Positions 10,771-19,541 are shown, counted from the first letter of the stretch. The stretch: 56,174 nt of DNA from an uncultured Bordetella sp. (GCA_964385505.1 CAYLPI010000006.1:1-56174); one strand, 5' to 3'. The notes: a model not told the origin generated them from the letters alone. Numbers and translations are program-made.

Positions 10771-11008
10771 GGTGAATCCTCCAGTCAATTAAGTTAGGTC
10801 GAAAGTCGATGCGGGAAAGCTGTTCCCGAGCTTTGGTCGGCGCTGTTGATGATTCCTTACGCTTTCATTGCCCTCGGCGTCTGGTCGGGGGTGGAAGCCC
10901 GGGTGTTGATATGCCCCGTACTGTGCTGCCGCAAATTGCGTTTCCGGGCCTGGATGTCGCATTTTCATGAGCCGCCGGGAAGGATGCGGCTTCGGCTGTC
11001 GCGCTACG

Positions 11009-11692
11009 CTATACCAGCAGTCCGGGCAGGCCGGCGAGATCTGAAATTTCGGCGTCCGGTGTCGCCGGGATGCGTTCCGGTTGCTGGCCGAGGCGGTTAC
11101 ACCAGACCGCTTTCAGACCGAATGCCTTTGCCGAGAAGGCGTCCCAGGCGTTCGAGGACACAAAACAGATACGCGAGGGGGCGATGTTCAGTCGTTCCGG
11201 TGCGAGGCGGTAAACCGAGGGATGGGGCTTGAAGATGCCCACCTCCTCGACCGACAGCACGGCATCGAACAGGTTTTGCAAGTTCGCAGCATTGATGGCT
11301 GCCTCGAGCATCGCCGGCGTGCCGTTGGAGAGAATCGCGAGTTTTCGGCCGCTCGCCTGCAGGCTACGGAGTGTTGCCGGGACCTCTGGAAAACTGCTCA
11401 GCCCGAGGTATGAATTCATCAAGCTTTCGCGCAGCTCCGGGCTGGATCGCCCGGTTGCGGCCAGTGCAAAATCGAGCGCATCGCCGGTCACCGTCCAGAA
11501 GTCGGCATGGTGTCCGGCCAGCCCCCGCAGCCAGGTATATTGCAGTTGCTTCTGCCGCCAAAGCTCGGAAACGCGCTGCCAGTCATCTCCAAGTTCGCTG
11601 CGCTTGGCGCTTGACGCACTGTTGAAGTCGAACAGCGTGCCATAGGCATCGAAAACGCAGGCCTCTATCCCTTCCAATGCCGGATTACTCAT
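11009..11692 (-). CDS. Type II L-2-haloacid dehalogenase (HAD superfamily)
   Basis: From the ATG at 11690-11692: MSNPALEGIEACVFDAYGTLFDFNS (nucleophile motif DxYGTLxD), ILSNGTP, FVSSNAWD. Confidence 0.8.
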   Translation of the reverse strand: MSNPALEGIEACVFDAYGTLFDFNSASSAKRSELGDDWQRVSELWRQKQLQYTWLRGLAGHHADFWTVTGDALDFALAATGRSSPELRESLMNSYLGLSSFPEVPATLRSLQASGRKLAILSNGTPAMLEAAINAANLQNLFDAVLSVEEVGIFKPHPSVYRLAPERLNIAPSRICFVSSNAWDAFSAKAFGLKAVWCNRLGQQPERIPATPDAEISDLAGLPGLLV

Positions 11693-11756
11693 CGGTACAT
11701 ACTCCAGAGTGGCGCGTCGTTGCTGGCGCAGGTCGCAAGCACGCCGCAGGACATTT

Positions 11757-13853
11757 TCATTGCGAATTATTTTTTTTACGCTTCCTCGCCAGCGCCGGCG
11801 ATTCGGCTGCGGCATACGCGGCCAGCCCGGCCGGGCGATCAAGCGGCACGACCGTATCCATTCTGGTGCCACCCGGCGGTTGCAACGTCGGCGGGAAGAA
11901 CGCAAGTTTTTGCGTCCCGCCGAGCTTGTCTTCGCGTCCGGGGGCAAGGTCGCGCTCGTTCACGCCGCGCGGCGTGGTCGCGACGCCGTTGACGATTTCC
12001 AGGTCGAACCACCAGCGCTTGACGGCGTTGCGCGCGCCGCCGCCCACGTTGTCGTCATGGGCAATCAGTGCCTTGCGCGCCGAGGGTACGTTGATCGACA
12101 GCCACAACAGGCGCTCGGACTCGACAAGGTCCTCGCGGTTATAAGGACAGGTTTTCATGCAGCGCCCGCAGGCCGAGCCCTTCATGTTGGTAAGCCGGTA
12201 TTTGCCGCACTTTTCCACGTCCGGCTTCCAGATCTCGTAGCCGTTGTACATCACCTTGGGACCGAAAGGGATGGCATTGCAGGGACACTCGCGCGCGCAC
12301 TTGAGACACATCTGGCACGTCGCCTGCAGGCCGAAATCGATGGGTTTGTCGGCGATGAGCGGCAGGTCTGTGGTGAAGACGACCGACTTGGAGCGCGGAC
12401 CGATGAAGGGGTTGAGGATGAGTTCGCCGATGCGCGAGAGTTCGCCCAATCCGGCCATCAACACGGCCGGCAGGTGCAGTACTTCGGAGTGGGCGTTGGA
12501 GTGGACGCGCGCCGAATGCCCCATGCGCCGCAGGTGCGCCGCCATTACGCCGGCGAGCATGGCGCCGCGCATGTAACCGCGCATCGATTGTGCGCCGGAA
12601 ATCCAGTCATCGCCCGATGCGCCTTCCATGGTCTCGAAGCCCTGGTCGATGAGCATCACCACTGCATACGGATGGTAGGGCTCGATCGGCTTCCCCTCGT
12701 TCTCATCGTGCGAGTAGTACATCCAGGGTTCGGCCTTGCAGATACCGACCAGATCGGCGCCAAGGTAGTAGCCGAGCGCCTTGATCGCCTCGACGTTCTT
12801 CGCCGGATCCGAGGTGTCACCACCGAAGCCCGTCGGCGCCAGCGGCTCGCGCGTTCCCTGCACCGGCACCATGTTCCGGATCAACGGCGTCATGGCAAAG
12901 GCGAGCGGGTGCTTGACGGCAAACCGTGTGCGTTCGTGCTTTGGTTTTTCACCCAGGTCGCCCGCCAGTGCACGCGTGAACAGGTCGGCCCGCTTGGGCA
13001 CGCGGCGGATTTCCTCCGCAATGATCAGGGTGGTCGGCTCGTCCACACGTTTGATCTTCTCCATTTCGTAGCGGCCCATGTGCACCGGGCGGGACGCCAG
13101 TTCGGCGTCGTGCCATCCGGGGCGCGTGCCCATCCGGCCCATATAGGCATCGCTATCGTGCCAATCGAGTCTGGCTCCGGGGGCGATCGGGGTGTCGGGT
13201 GTGAGCGTGAAATCGGTCGTCACCACGCCCAGCCGAAAGCCGCCGCTTATGTATGGTGCGCGAAGCGCGCCATTCTTGTCGACGACGATGCCGGCGCGCT
13301 GTGCGAGGCGTTCGATTGAAACCGCGGTCGTCCCGGCGGCATGACCCTGCGCCGACCAGCCGAGCGCACGGACATAGCCGGCGAGGACCACCGCAGCCTC
13401 GGCACATCGGAGGTCGGTGCGCGCGGCGTTGGTGCCGCGTATCCAGGCATCGCCGGACTCGCCGGCCCTGGGTTCGCGGCCGAACTCGATCAGGAACACC
13501 AGCGCGTGGGTGTGGTGTGGATGCCCGGTGTCGGTCCAGTCGGTCGGATCAATCGCGCACGTCCCCGCCAGGCTGGCATCCAGAAAATAGGCGGAGGCCT
13601 TGAGGTTTCGTGCACGGATCAGCGGGTCGTCGGGGACCGGCGCCCTGGCGGTCGCGGGTGCGCCAACGAGGTATCTGGCGAAGAGTTCGCGATATTCGAG
13701 CACGGCGCCGTCAATGGCATCAGGACCGGAGGCAACCCCGTCTGTGGGCATCAGTGCATCGCCGACCGGCGCGCATGGCACGCGCTCGATCAGTTCGGTG
13801 GGCAAAATGCCCATGTCAAAGGGGCGATCCTTGCTCGAAAAAAGTCGCGACAT
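11757..13853 (-). CDS. Reductive dehalogenase homologue, cytoplasmic catabolic type (NpRdhA-like architecture)
   Basis: 698 aa. C-terminal CQMCLKCARECPCNAIP plus C-x12-CGRCMKTCPYN (two 4Fe-4S motifs). Internally duplicated Rdh-like core. No RR signal peptide and no adjacent rdhB anchor gene. Confidence 0.65.
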   Translation of the reverse strand: MSRLFSSKDRPFDMGILPTELIERVPCAPVGDALMPTDGVASGPDAIDGAVLEYRELFARYLVGAPATARAPVPDDPLIRARNLKASAYFLDASLAGTCAIDPTDWTDTGHPHHTHALVFLIEFGREPRAGESGDAWIRGTNAARTDLRCAEAAVVLAGYVRALGWSAQGHAAGTTAVSIERLAQRAGIVVDKNGALRAPYISGGFRLGVVTTDFTLTPDTPIAPGARLDWHDSDAYMGRMGTRPGWHDAELASRPVHMGRYEMEKIKRVDEPTTLIIAEEIRRVPKRADLFTRALAGDLGEKPKHERTRFAVKHPLAFAMTPLIRNMVPVQGTREPLAPTGFGGDTSDPAKNVEAIKALGYYLGADLVGICKAEPWMYYSHDENEGKPIEPYHPYAVVMLIDQGFETMEGASGDDWISGAQSMRGYMRGAMLAGVMAAHLRRMGHSARVHSNAHSEVLHLPAVLMAGLGELSRIGELILNPFIGPRSKSVVFTTDLPLIADKPIDFGLQATCQMCLKCARECPCNAIPFGPKVMYNGYEIWKPDVEKCGKYRLTNMKGSACGRCMKTCPYNREDLVESERLLWLSINVPSARKALIAHDDNVGGGARNAVKRWWFDLEIVNGVATTPRGVNERDLAPGREDKLGGTQKLAFFPPTLQPPGGTRMDTVVPLDRPAGLAAYAAAESPALARKRKKNNSQ

Positions 13854-13880
13854 GAATGTCTGCCGATACGAAGGTGCCGG

Positions 13881-14474
13881 CTAAGCCGGCTGGCGCTCGT
13901 GCTTGACCGCGTCCCAGCCGTGCGCGGCGAGGAATTTCTCCCCCACCGCCACCGGTTCGGCCTCGAGCGGGGTGGCGAAGGTGTCGTTCCACCGGTTCAG
14001 AAATCCGAACATGGCGATGACCCCGACAATTTCGACAATCTGGTTTTCGGACCAGTGCTCGCGCATTTGCGCAAACATGGCGTCGGTGACGTCATTGGGC
14101 ACTGCCCCCGCCGCGAGGGCGAAATCCAGCGCGACTCGTTCAGCCGCCGAGTAAAGCGGGCTGGTGTTGTATTCCCAGATTGCAGCCACTTTTGCCTCGT
14201 CCACGCCTTTGTGCAGCGCGCCGCCGGCGGTGTGGGCCATACAGTACTGGCAACCGGCTGCGCGGCTTGCAACAAGGGCGATCAGGCGTCTGAAGCCGAC
14301 GTCCACTTCGCCTTCGGGGTCCCAGACCGCGGCATTCAACTGCATGAACGCTTTCACGAGTTTCGGCTTGCGCTGCATGATGAGCAGGCTGTTGGGCACG
14401 AAGCCCAGGTTCCTGCGTGAAGCTTCGAATACGTCCTGCAGTTCCGGTGAGTGCGCCGCGGGCAGCGGTTGCAT
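13881..14474 (-). CDS. Carboxymuconolactone decarboxylase/AhpD-like peroxidase-related protein
   Basis: From the ATG at 14472-14474: MQPLPAAHSPELQDVF…LVASRAAGCQYCMAHTAG (CxxC-x-H AhpD-core motif). Confidence 0.75.
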   Translation of the reverse strand: MQPLPAAHSPELQDVFEASRRNLGFVPNSLLIMQRKPKLVKAFMQLNAAVWDPEGEVDVGFRRLIALVASRAAGCQYCMAHTAGGALHKGVDEAKVAAIWEYNTSPLYSAAERVALDFALAAGAVPNDVTDAMFAQMREHWSENQIVEIVGVIAMFGFLNRWNDTFATPLEAEPVAVGEKFLAAHGWDAVKHERQPA

Positions 14475-14550
14475 GCGCGGGGTGGGTAACTGTCGGTTGT
14501 TCAATTTGTGTTCCTTGTTCAGGGCGGGTTGTGTGGCGAAACGCCGGCTG

Positions 14551-15078
14551 TCAGGCTTCGCCGCGCGCCGGATAGTTTTTGCTGACGACAAAGTCGATTG
14601 CCTGGACGATTTCATTGAAATGGGGACGGGCAAAAGGCATCGTCGATACTGACGACCAGTACAGCGTGCCGTCGGGCTTGACGAGGAACAGTCCGGGTTC
14701 GGCAAACAGCGCCGGCTCTTCAATGCCGGCCGACGTCGGGCCGCGGCCGGCGGAAATGAACAGGCCCCATTGCCGCGCTGATTCGATGCTGACACCGTAA
14801 CCCACGGTCAGTCCGGACAGGCCCCATTGCGTTTTCGCCTGCTCGGCGCGTTCGGCGCTGTCGGTGCTGGTGACCACGGTGGAGACGCCGCGCTTGTCGA
14901 AATCGCCGATCAGGGTGTTGAGTTCTCCGGTATAGCGCCGGCACTGCGGGCAATGCAGGCCGCGGTAAAACACGATCATTGTGAACGCCTGCGGCGTCTG
15001 CGCTGCAAGAGACCAGCGGCCACCGCCTGTGAGTTCGAATTCCAGAGCGGGTGTGGGTTGTCGTGGTTTGAGGCTCAT
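14551..15078 (-). CDS. Peroxiredoxin-like (AhpC/TSA-redoxin fold) protein
   Basis: 175 aa with MIVFYRGLHCPQCRRY, a thioredoxin-fold CxxC. Start forms an ATGA overlap with the tetR stop. Confidence 0.7.
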   Translation of the reverse strand: MSLKPRQPTPALEFELTGGGRWSLAAQTPQAFTMIVFYRGLHCPQCRRYTGELNTLIGDFDKRGVSTVVTSTDSAERAEQAKTQWGLSGLTVGYGVSIESARQWGLFISAGRGPTSAGIEEPALFAEPGLFLVKPDGTLYWSSVSTMPFARPHFNEIVQAIDFVVSKNYPARGEA

Positions 15079-15755
15079 GAAGGGTTCCTTTTTTCTGGTG
15101 ACCGGTTGCGGGACGGGGTGAAAGGGGTTGCCGGATCAGGCGCGCGCGCCATGGCAAACATGCCGGCATGCGGCGGGCAAACGATGCGCAGCATGACCTG
15201 CGCGATATCGTTCAGCGTAGCGCGATCAGCCTGCGCCTTGCCGATCAGGCGCAGGCCCTGAATGCTGGCGGTCAGAAAGCGCGCGAGCGCCGTCACATCG
15301 GCGTCGGCGGCAATTTCGCCGCGAGCTCTGGCGCGGGTGAGGCCATGGCGGAAAGCCGCCTCTATGCGTCCGAGGCTGCGTCTTACGCGGCTCGAAACAC
15401 CGCGGTTCTGTCTTGCCGCTTCAGCGGCGCAGTTGCCGATAAGGCAGCCGCGCCGTCCCGGTCCGGCAACAATATCCTCTATCATTTGCGTGAGAAATTC
15501 ACGCAGCGCCGAGGCGATCGGCGCCGGCCCGGCCAGTGCCGATTCTATCCGGCTGATCGCGGCGTCCTCATAACGCGCGAGCGCGCGAAGATACATCGCC
15601 TGCTTGCTGCCGAAAGCCGCATAAAGGCTGGAACGGCCCAGCCCCGTGGCATCGCACAAGTCATCGAGGGAAGTCGATTCAAAGCCCTTGCGCCAGAACA
15701 CCTGCATCGCCCGGTTGAGGACGATGTCGGGCTCATATTCAAGAGGACGGGCCAT
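15075..15755 (-). CDS. TetR/AcrR-family transcriptional regulator (first gene of the dehalogenase operon)
   Basis: MARPLEYEPDIVLNRAMQVFWRKGFESTSLDDLCDATGLGRSSLYAAFGSKQAMY, the canonical TetR HTH. Confidence 0.85.
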   Translation of the reverse strand: MARPLEYEPDIVLNRAMQVFWRKGFESTSLDDLCDATGLGRSSLYAAFGSKQAMYLRALARYEDAAISRIESALAGPAPIASALREFLTQMIEDIVAGPGRRGCLIGNCAAEAARQNRGVSSRVRRSLGRIEAAFRHGLTRARARGEIAADADVTALARFLTASIQGLRLIGKAQADRATLNDIAQVMLRIVCPPHAGMFAMARAPDPATPFTPSRNRSPEKRNPS

Positions 15756-15814
15756 GACAGTATTCGTTCCGGATGATTGAACTTGGTTGTGTACTGTATA
15801 GTCCAAAACAAGGA

Positions 15815-16492
15815 ATGGCAATACGCATGTTCAATATTGCGAACTCGGGCAACGGGGCGAAGCTGCTCATGCAGCGCCGCGCCAATGCCCATCCTTGCGT
15901 CAGCGTTGGGAATGGGGGACGGTTGAAGCCTGATGACGACATAAGCGCGGAAATAGCCAACGCCCGCGAGTACCTGTACCGGTTCGCTTTCTGGCAGTTG
16001 CGCAATGCCACATGGGCAGATGACGTGGTGTCAGAAACCCTGGTGGCCGCGCTTGAAGCGAAAGACCGCTTTGCCGGACGCGCCCAGGTCAAGACCTGGC
16101 TGGTGGGGATCCTGAAAAACAAGATAATCGATCATATCCGCCTTGGACGACGGGAGATCGTGAGGCAGTTGCAATCTGAAAGCACGGATGACGAACTCGA
16201 GGCGCTCTTGTTCACCGCTGCCGGCGAGTATCGCGAACCCCGGCACCATTGGGGCGATCCCGAAGCCGCGCTGGGGCGCGGCCAGTTCTTCGCGGTCCTT
16301 GAGGCTTGCATGTCCCGGTTGCCGGACAATCAGGGACGCGTATTCATGATGCGCGAATGGCTGGAACTGTCGACCGAAGAAATCTGTAAGGAATTGCAGA
16401 TTACATCGTCCAATGCCTGGATACTCCTGCACCGTGCGCGTCTGCGCCTGCAAGAGTGCGTGAATATCAACTGGTTCGAGAAAATAAAATGA
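15815..16492 (+). CDS. ECF (group IV sigma-70) RNA polymerase sigma factor
   Basis: Region 2 (YLYRFAFWQLRNATWADDVVSETL…KTWLVGILKNKIIDHIR) and region 4 (VFMMREWLELSTEEICKELQITSSNAWILLHRARLRL). Start is uncertain: ATGs at 15815, 15827 and 15869. Confidence 0.8.
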   Translation: MAIRMFNIANSGNGAKLLMQRRANAHPCVSVGNGGRLKPDDDISAEIANAREYLYRFAFWQLRNATWADDVVSETLVAALEAKDRFAGRAQVKTWLVGILKNKIIDHIRLGRREIVRQLQSESTDDELEALLFTAAGEYREPRHHWGDPEAALGRGQFFAVLEACMSRLPDNQGRVFMMREWLELSTEEICKELQITSSNAWILLHRARLRLQECVNINWFEKIK

Positions 16493-16695
16493 AATTCCCG
16501 ATGCCTTCGTGCCGCGACACGGTGAGAATCATTCTCGCCAGAGAGGACCGCGACCTGTCGTGGCGCGAGCGCCTCGGGCTGCGCGTGCACCTGGTCATTT
16601 GCAGGGCCTGTCCCGGTTTTGAGCGGCGCGTGTTGTTCATGCGCGGCGCACTGGCGCACTGGCGTGCTTTTTCCGCCGAAAAACCGGGTGATTGA
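16489..16695 (+). CDS. Small zinc-binding (ZAS, zf-HC2) anti-sigma factor
   Basis: 68 aa. Its ATG overlaps the sigma stop (ATGA). HLVICRACPGF matches the H-x3-C-x2-C motif. Confidence 0.7.
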   Translation: MKFPMPSCRDTVRIILAREDRDLSWRERLGLRVHLVICRACPGFERRVLFMRGALAHWRAFSAEKPGD

Positions 16696-17306
16696 TTGAT
16701 CCGTACAAACCAGCTCGCCGGCGTGTGTCAACGCATGGGAATGGTGCGGTTCTTACGCTCGCGGCGGGCGTGATATTCGGGCTCGGGTGGGGAACGCTTC
16801 TGGTGACGTTCGCGCCGACCATGGGTGCGAGGCTGGCGTTTGCGACGGCGTGGTGGTTGCGCCGGGCGGTCGCGCCAGCCAGGCGAATGCCGCGGCAGCC
16901 GGCGCGCACGGCGGGCCAGGCGGTGAAACGCATCATCGCCAAGCGTGACGCCGATATTTTTCCCGGTCGCAATGCCGCGGCGCGCCGAGAGCCACTGCGG
17001 GCGCGCAAGCTGATGAACGCATTGTGTGGCCTGCTGCTCCAGTCCCATGTTCCGCAGCGGCGCACGCCGGCGCTGATCGGCTGCGCTGATGGTGACGCGC
17101 TGCTGGAGCGGGGTCCGGTCGCGTTGCGCGGCCAATGGGTGTCGCGCTGGGAGGACAGGATAGTCAGGCGCTTGATGGCTCGCTACCGGTCCGTTGCGCT
17201 TCGTCCTCTATAATCCGCCCTGCGCATTACGCTTGACGGTCGGCGCTTGACGCCCGGCGTTTGGCGCTGCGCGCCGCCGAGTCCCCTTATTATCCGGCCC
17301 ACCACC

Positions 17307-18131
17307 ATGGATATCCCTGTTCTTGTCAAAGCGCTCATTCTCGGCATTGTTGAGGGGCTGACCGAGTTCCTGCCTGTTTCCTCCACCGGCCATCTGATTC
17401 TCGCCGGCGACCTGCTCGATTTCAACGACGAGCGCGGCAAGCTGTTCGAGATCGTCATCCAGTGCGGGGCCATTCTGGCGGTGTGCTGGGAATATCGCGC
17501 CAAGATTTTCGCCGTGGTTTCCGGACTCGGGTCGGACCGGGCGGCACAGCGCTTTGCGCTGAACATCGCCATCGCTTTCATGCCGCTCGCGGTGCTGGGC
17601 CTGGCTTTCGGCAAGGCCATCAAGGCCCATCTTTTTCAGCCGGTGCCGGTGGCGCTGGCCTTTATCGTCGGCGGCTTCATCATTCTCTGGGCGGAGAAAC
17701 GCAAGCACGAAGTGAGGGTGCACAGCGTCGATGACATCGGCTGGCGCGATGCGCTCAAGCTGGGTCTTGCCCAGGCGCTGGCACTGATTCCGGGCACCTC
17801 GCGCTCCGGCGCCACCATCATCGGCGGCCTGTTCTTCGGCCTCTCGCGCAAGGCCTCGACCGAGTTCTCGTTTTTTCTCGCCATCCCGACGCTGTTTGCC
17901 GCAACCGCGTACCAGTTGTACAAGGAGCGGGCCTTGTTATCGGTCGATGACCTTGGCATCTGGGCGGTGGGATTTGCCTCGGCGTTTGCCTCCGCCTTTC
18001 TCTGCGTGAGATGGTTGTTGCGCTATATCTCCACCCATGACTTCACGATTTTTGCCTGGTACCGGATCGCATTTGGCGTGGTGGTGTTGCTCACCGCATG
18101 GACCGGCGCCGTGAACTGGACTGCGGGATAG
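17307..18131 (+). CDS. uppP: Undecaprenyl-diphosphate phosphatase
   Basis: [37 protein letters not shown]… and [13 protein letters not shown] motifs. Confidence 0.95.
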   Translation: MDIPVLVKALILGIVEGLTEFLPVSSTGHLILAGDLLDFNDERGKLFEIVIQCGAILAVCWEYRAKIFAVVSGLGSDRAAQRFALNIAIAFMPLAVLGLAFGKAIKAHLFQPVPVALAFIVGGFIILWAEKRKHEVRVHSVDDIGWRDALKLGLAQALALIPGTSRSGATIIGGLFFGLSRKASTEFSFFLAIPTLFAATAYQLYKERALLSVDDLGIWAVGFASAFASAFLCVRWLLRYISTHDFTIFAWYRIAFGVVVLLTAWTGAVNWTAG

Positions 18132-18164
18132 GCTGGAAAGTCGCGACTGGCAAGGGTTTCCGGG
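18131..18164 (+). repeat. REP-like hairpin element, copy B
   Basis: GGCTGGAAAGTCGCGACTGGCAAGGGTTTCCGGG, abutting the uppP stop codon. Confidence 0.7.
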
Positions 18165-18182
18165 CTATACCCGACACAGAAA

Positions 18183-18262
18183 TAATCAGCGACACCACGC
18201 CTTGCGTCCGCAGGGTCGTGTTGCAGAACTCGCCGGCCGAATGGGCGAGATGCAGCGGGTCT
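18183..18262 (-). pseudogene. Relic fragment of a gamma-glutamyltransferase-family gene
   Basis: About 80 nt align with ggt at 23566-23645 at roughly four-fifths identity by eye. The translation EDPLHLAHSAGEFCNTTLRTQGVVSLII matches RDPLHLAHSAGDVYNMTPPTQGVVSLMIL. There is no flanking ORF context. Confidence 0.65.
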
Positions 18263-18590
18263 TCAACTCCCATGCAGCCTTTCATCTGCGGCGCATTACG
18301 GTTTGCACATGCTCCCGCGCCGGTAGCCGGCAAACACGGTGCAGGCGCATCCTGCTCCCGGTGCGTGTTTTTGTTCGCAATCGACGACGAACGACGAACG
18401 ACGCGCTTTCGCGCGATGCGGTGCAGGTTGTGCGCTAACCGAAGCCACCGGGGCGGCCGCTGCGTTCGCCGGGATGCGCGCAGGCCGACCCGTATGAATA
18501 TGGTTTGTTGCCATCACGCCCTGTGTTTGATACCTTGACCTCAGGGGAACCCCCCGCATCGAGGGGCAGTCCACTCAACGAGGAGATTCC

Positions 18591-19541
18591 ATGAAACGCA
18601 TTTTTGTTTTTATCGCCGCGACGTGCCTGTCTTTCGGCGCTCAGGCGCAAGTGCTGGGCTTTGGCAGCGCTCCGCAAGGCACCATCGGCTACAACATGAG
18701 TTCGGCAATCGCCAAGGTCATGGCCGAATCGGCGAACATTCAGAGCCGGGTGCAGCCCTACTCCGGATCGAGCGCCGTGCTGCCGCTGCTCAACTCGGGC
18801 GAGCTTGATCTTGCCGTGGCCAACGTGCTCGAAATCCAGGAGGCGGTGGACGGGACTGGCCCCTACACGGGGCGCAAACAGTCGAACCTGCGCGTCCTCG
18901 GCGTGATCTTTCCGCTCTATTCAAGCATGTTCGTCAGGAAGGACTCGCCGATAAAGTCGATTGCCGATCTCAAGGGAAAGCGTGTTCCCTACGGTTTTTC
19001 GGCGCAGGTGACCTTGCAGCGCATTGTCGAGGCGATTCTCGCCACCGGCGGAGTAACGGGCAAGGACATCTCGCCGGTATTGGTGCCCAATGTCATCCGT
19101 GGCGCCGATGATTTTATCGACGGCAAGATTGACGCCGGCTTTTTCGCGTTGGGCGCAGGCAAGGTGACCGAAGTGGACAAGACCGTGGGCGGCATTCGCT
19201 ACCTGCCGGTGCCCGACGATGCGAAGTCCCTCGAAGCGATGAAGAAAATCATGCCTTACTCCTACGTCACGCTGGTCAATCCTTCGCCGGCTTTCGTCGG
19301 ACTGGACGGCCCGACCAAGCTGATGGGGTATGACTACCTGGTTGTCGTTGGCTCGCACGTGAAGGATCAGGACGTCTATCGCATCGCCAAGGCCATGTTC
19401 GAGAACAAGCCCAAGCTTGTCGAGAGCCTGCGCGCCTTCGGCGGCTTCAACCCGATGAATATGCACAAAGCCATGCCGGCAACTTTTCACGCGGGCGCAT
19501 TGAAGTTCTATCAGGAAAAGGGCATCGGCGCGGCCAAGTAA
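18591..19541 (+). CDS. TAXI-family TRAP transporter solute-binding protein
   Basis: 316 aa. Signal peptide MKRIFVFIAATCLSFGAQA, then FGSAPQGTIGYNMSSAIAKVM…LPLLNSGELDLAVAN. Confidence 0.85.
   Translation: MKRIFVFIAATCLSFGAQAQVLGFGSAPQGTIGYNMSSAIAKVMAESANIQSRVQPYSGSSAVLPLLNSGELDLAVANVLEIQEAVDGTGPYTGRKQSNLRVLGVIFPLYSSMFVRKDSPIKSIADLKGKRVPYGFSAQVTLQRIVEAILATGGVTGKDISPVLVPNVIRGADDFIDGKIDAGFFALGAGKVTEVDKTVGGIRYLPVPDDAKSLEAMKKIMPYSYVTLVNPSPAFVGLDGPTKLMGYDYLVVVGSHVKDQDVYRIAKAMFENKPKLVESLRAFGGFNPMNMHKAMPATFHAGALKFYQEKGIGAAK

Noticed and set aside
10852-10858. The heptamer AAGGAAT occurs upstream of both the RiPP precursor gene (minus strand, 10852-10858) and the ECF sigma gene (15809-15815). It could be a shared ECF -35 box.
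   Set aside because: A 7-mer shared between two spacers of about 150 bp is expected by chance. The sequences at the corresponding -10 distance are not similar. GGGAAC at about 10810 also lacks a convincing -10 partner at 16-17 nt.
18382-18405. Short cgacgaa-type repeats (cgacgacgaacgacgaacgacg) in the spacer upstream of the TAXI gene.
   Set aside because: There are only about three imperfect 7-nt units, consistent with simple slippage or low complexity. There is no dyad symmetry or positional link to a promoter.
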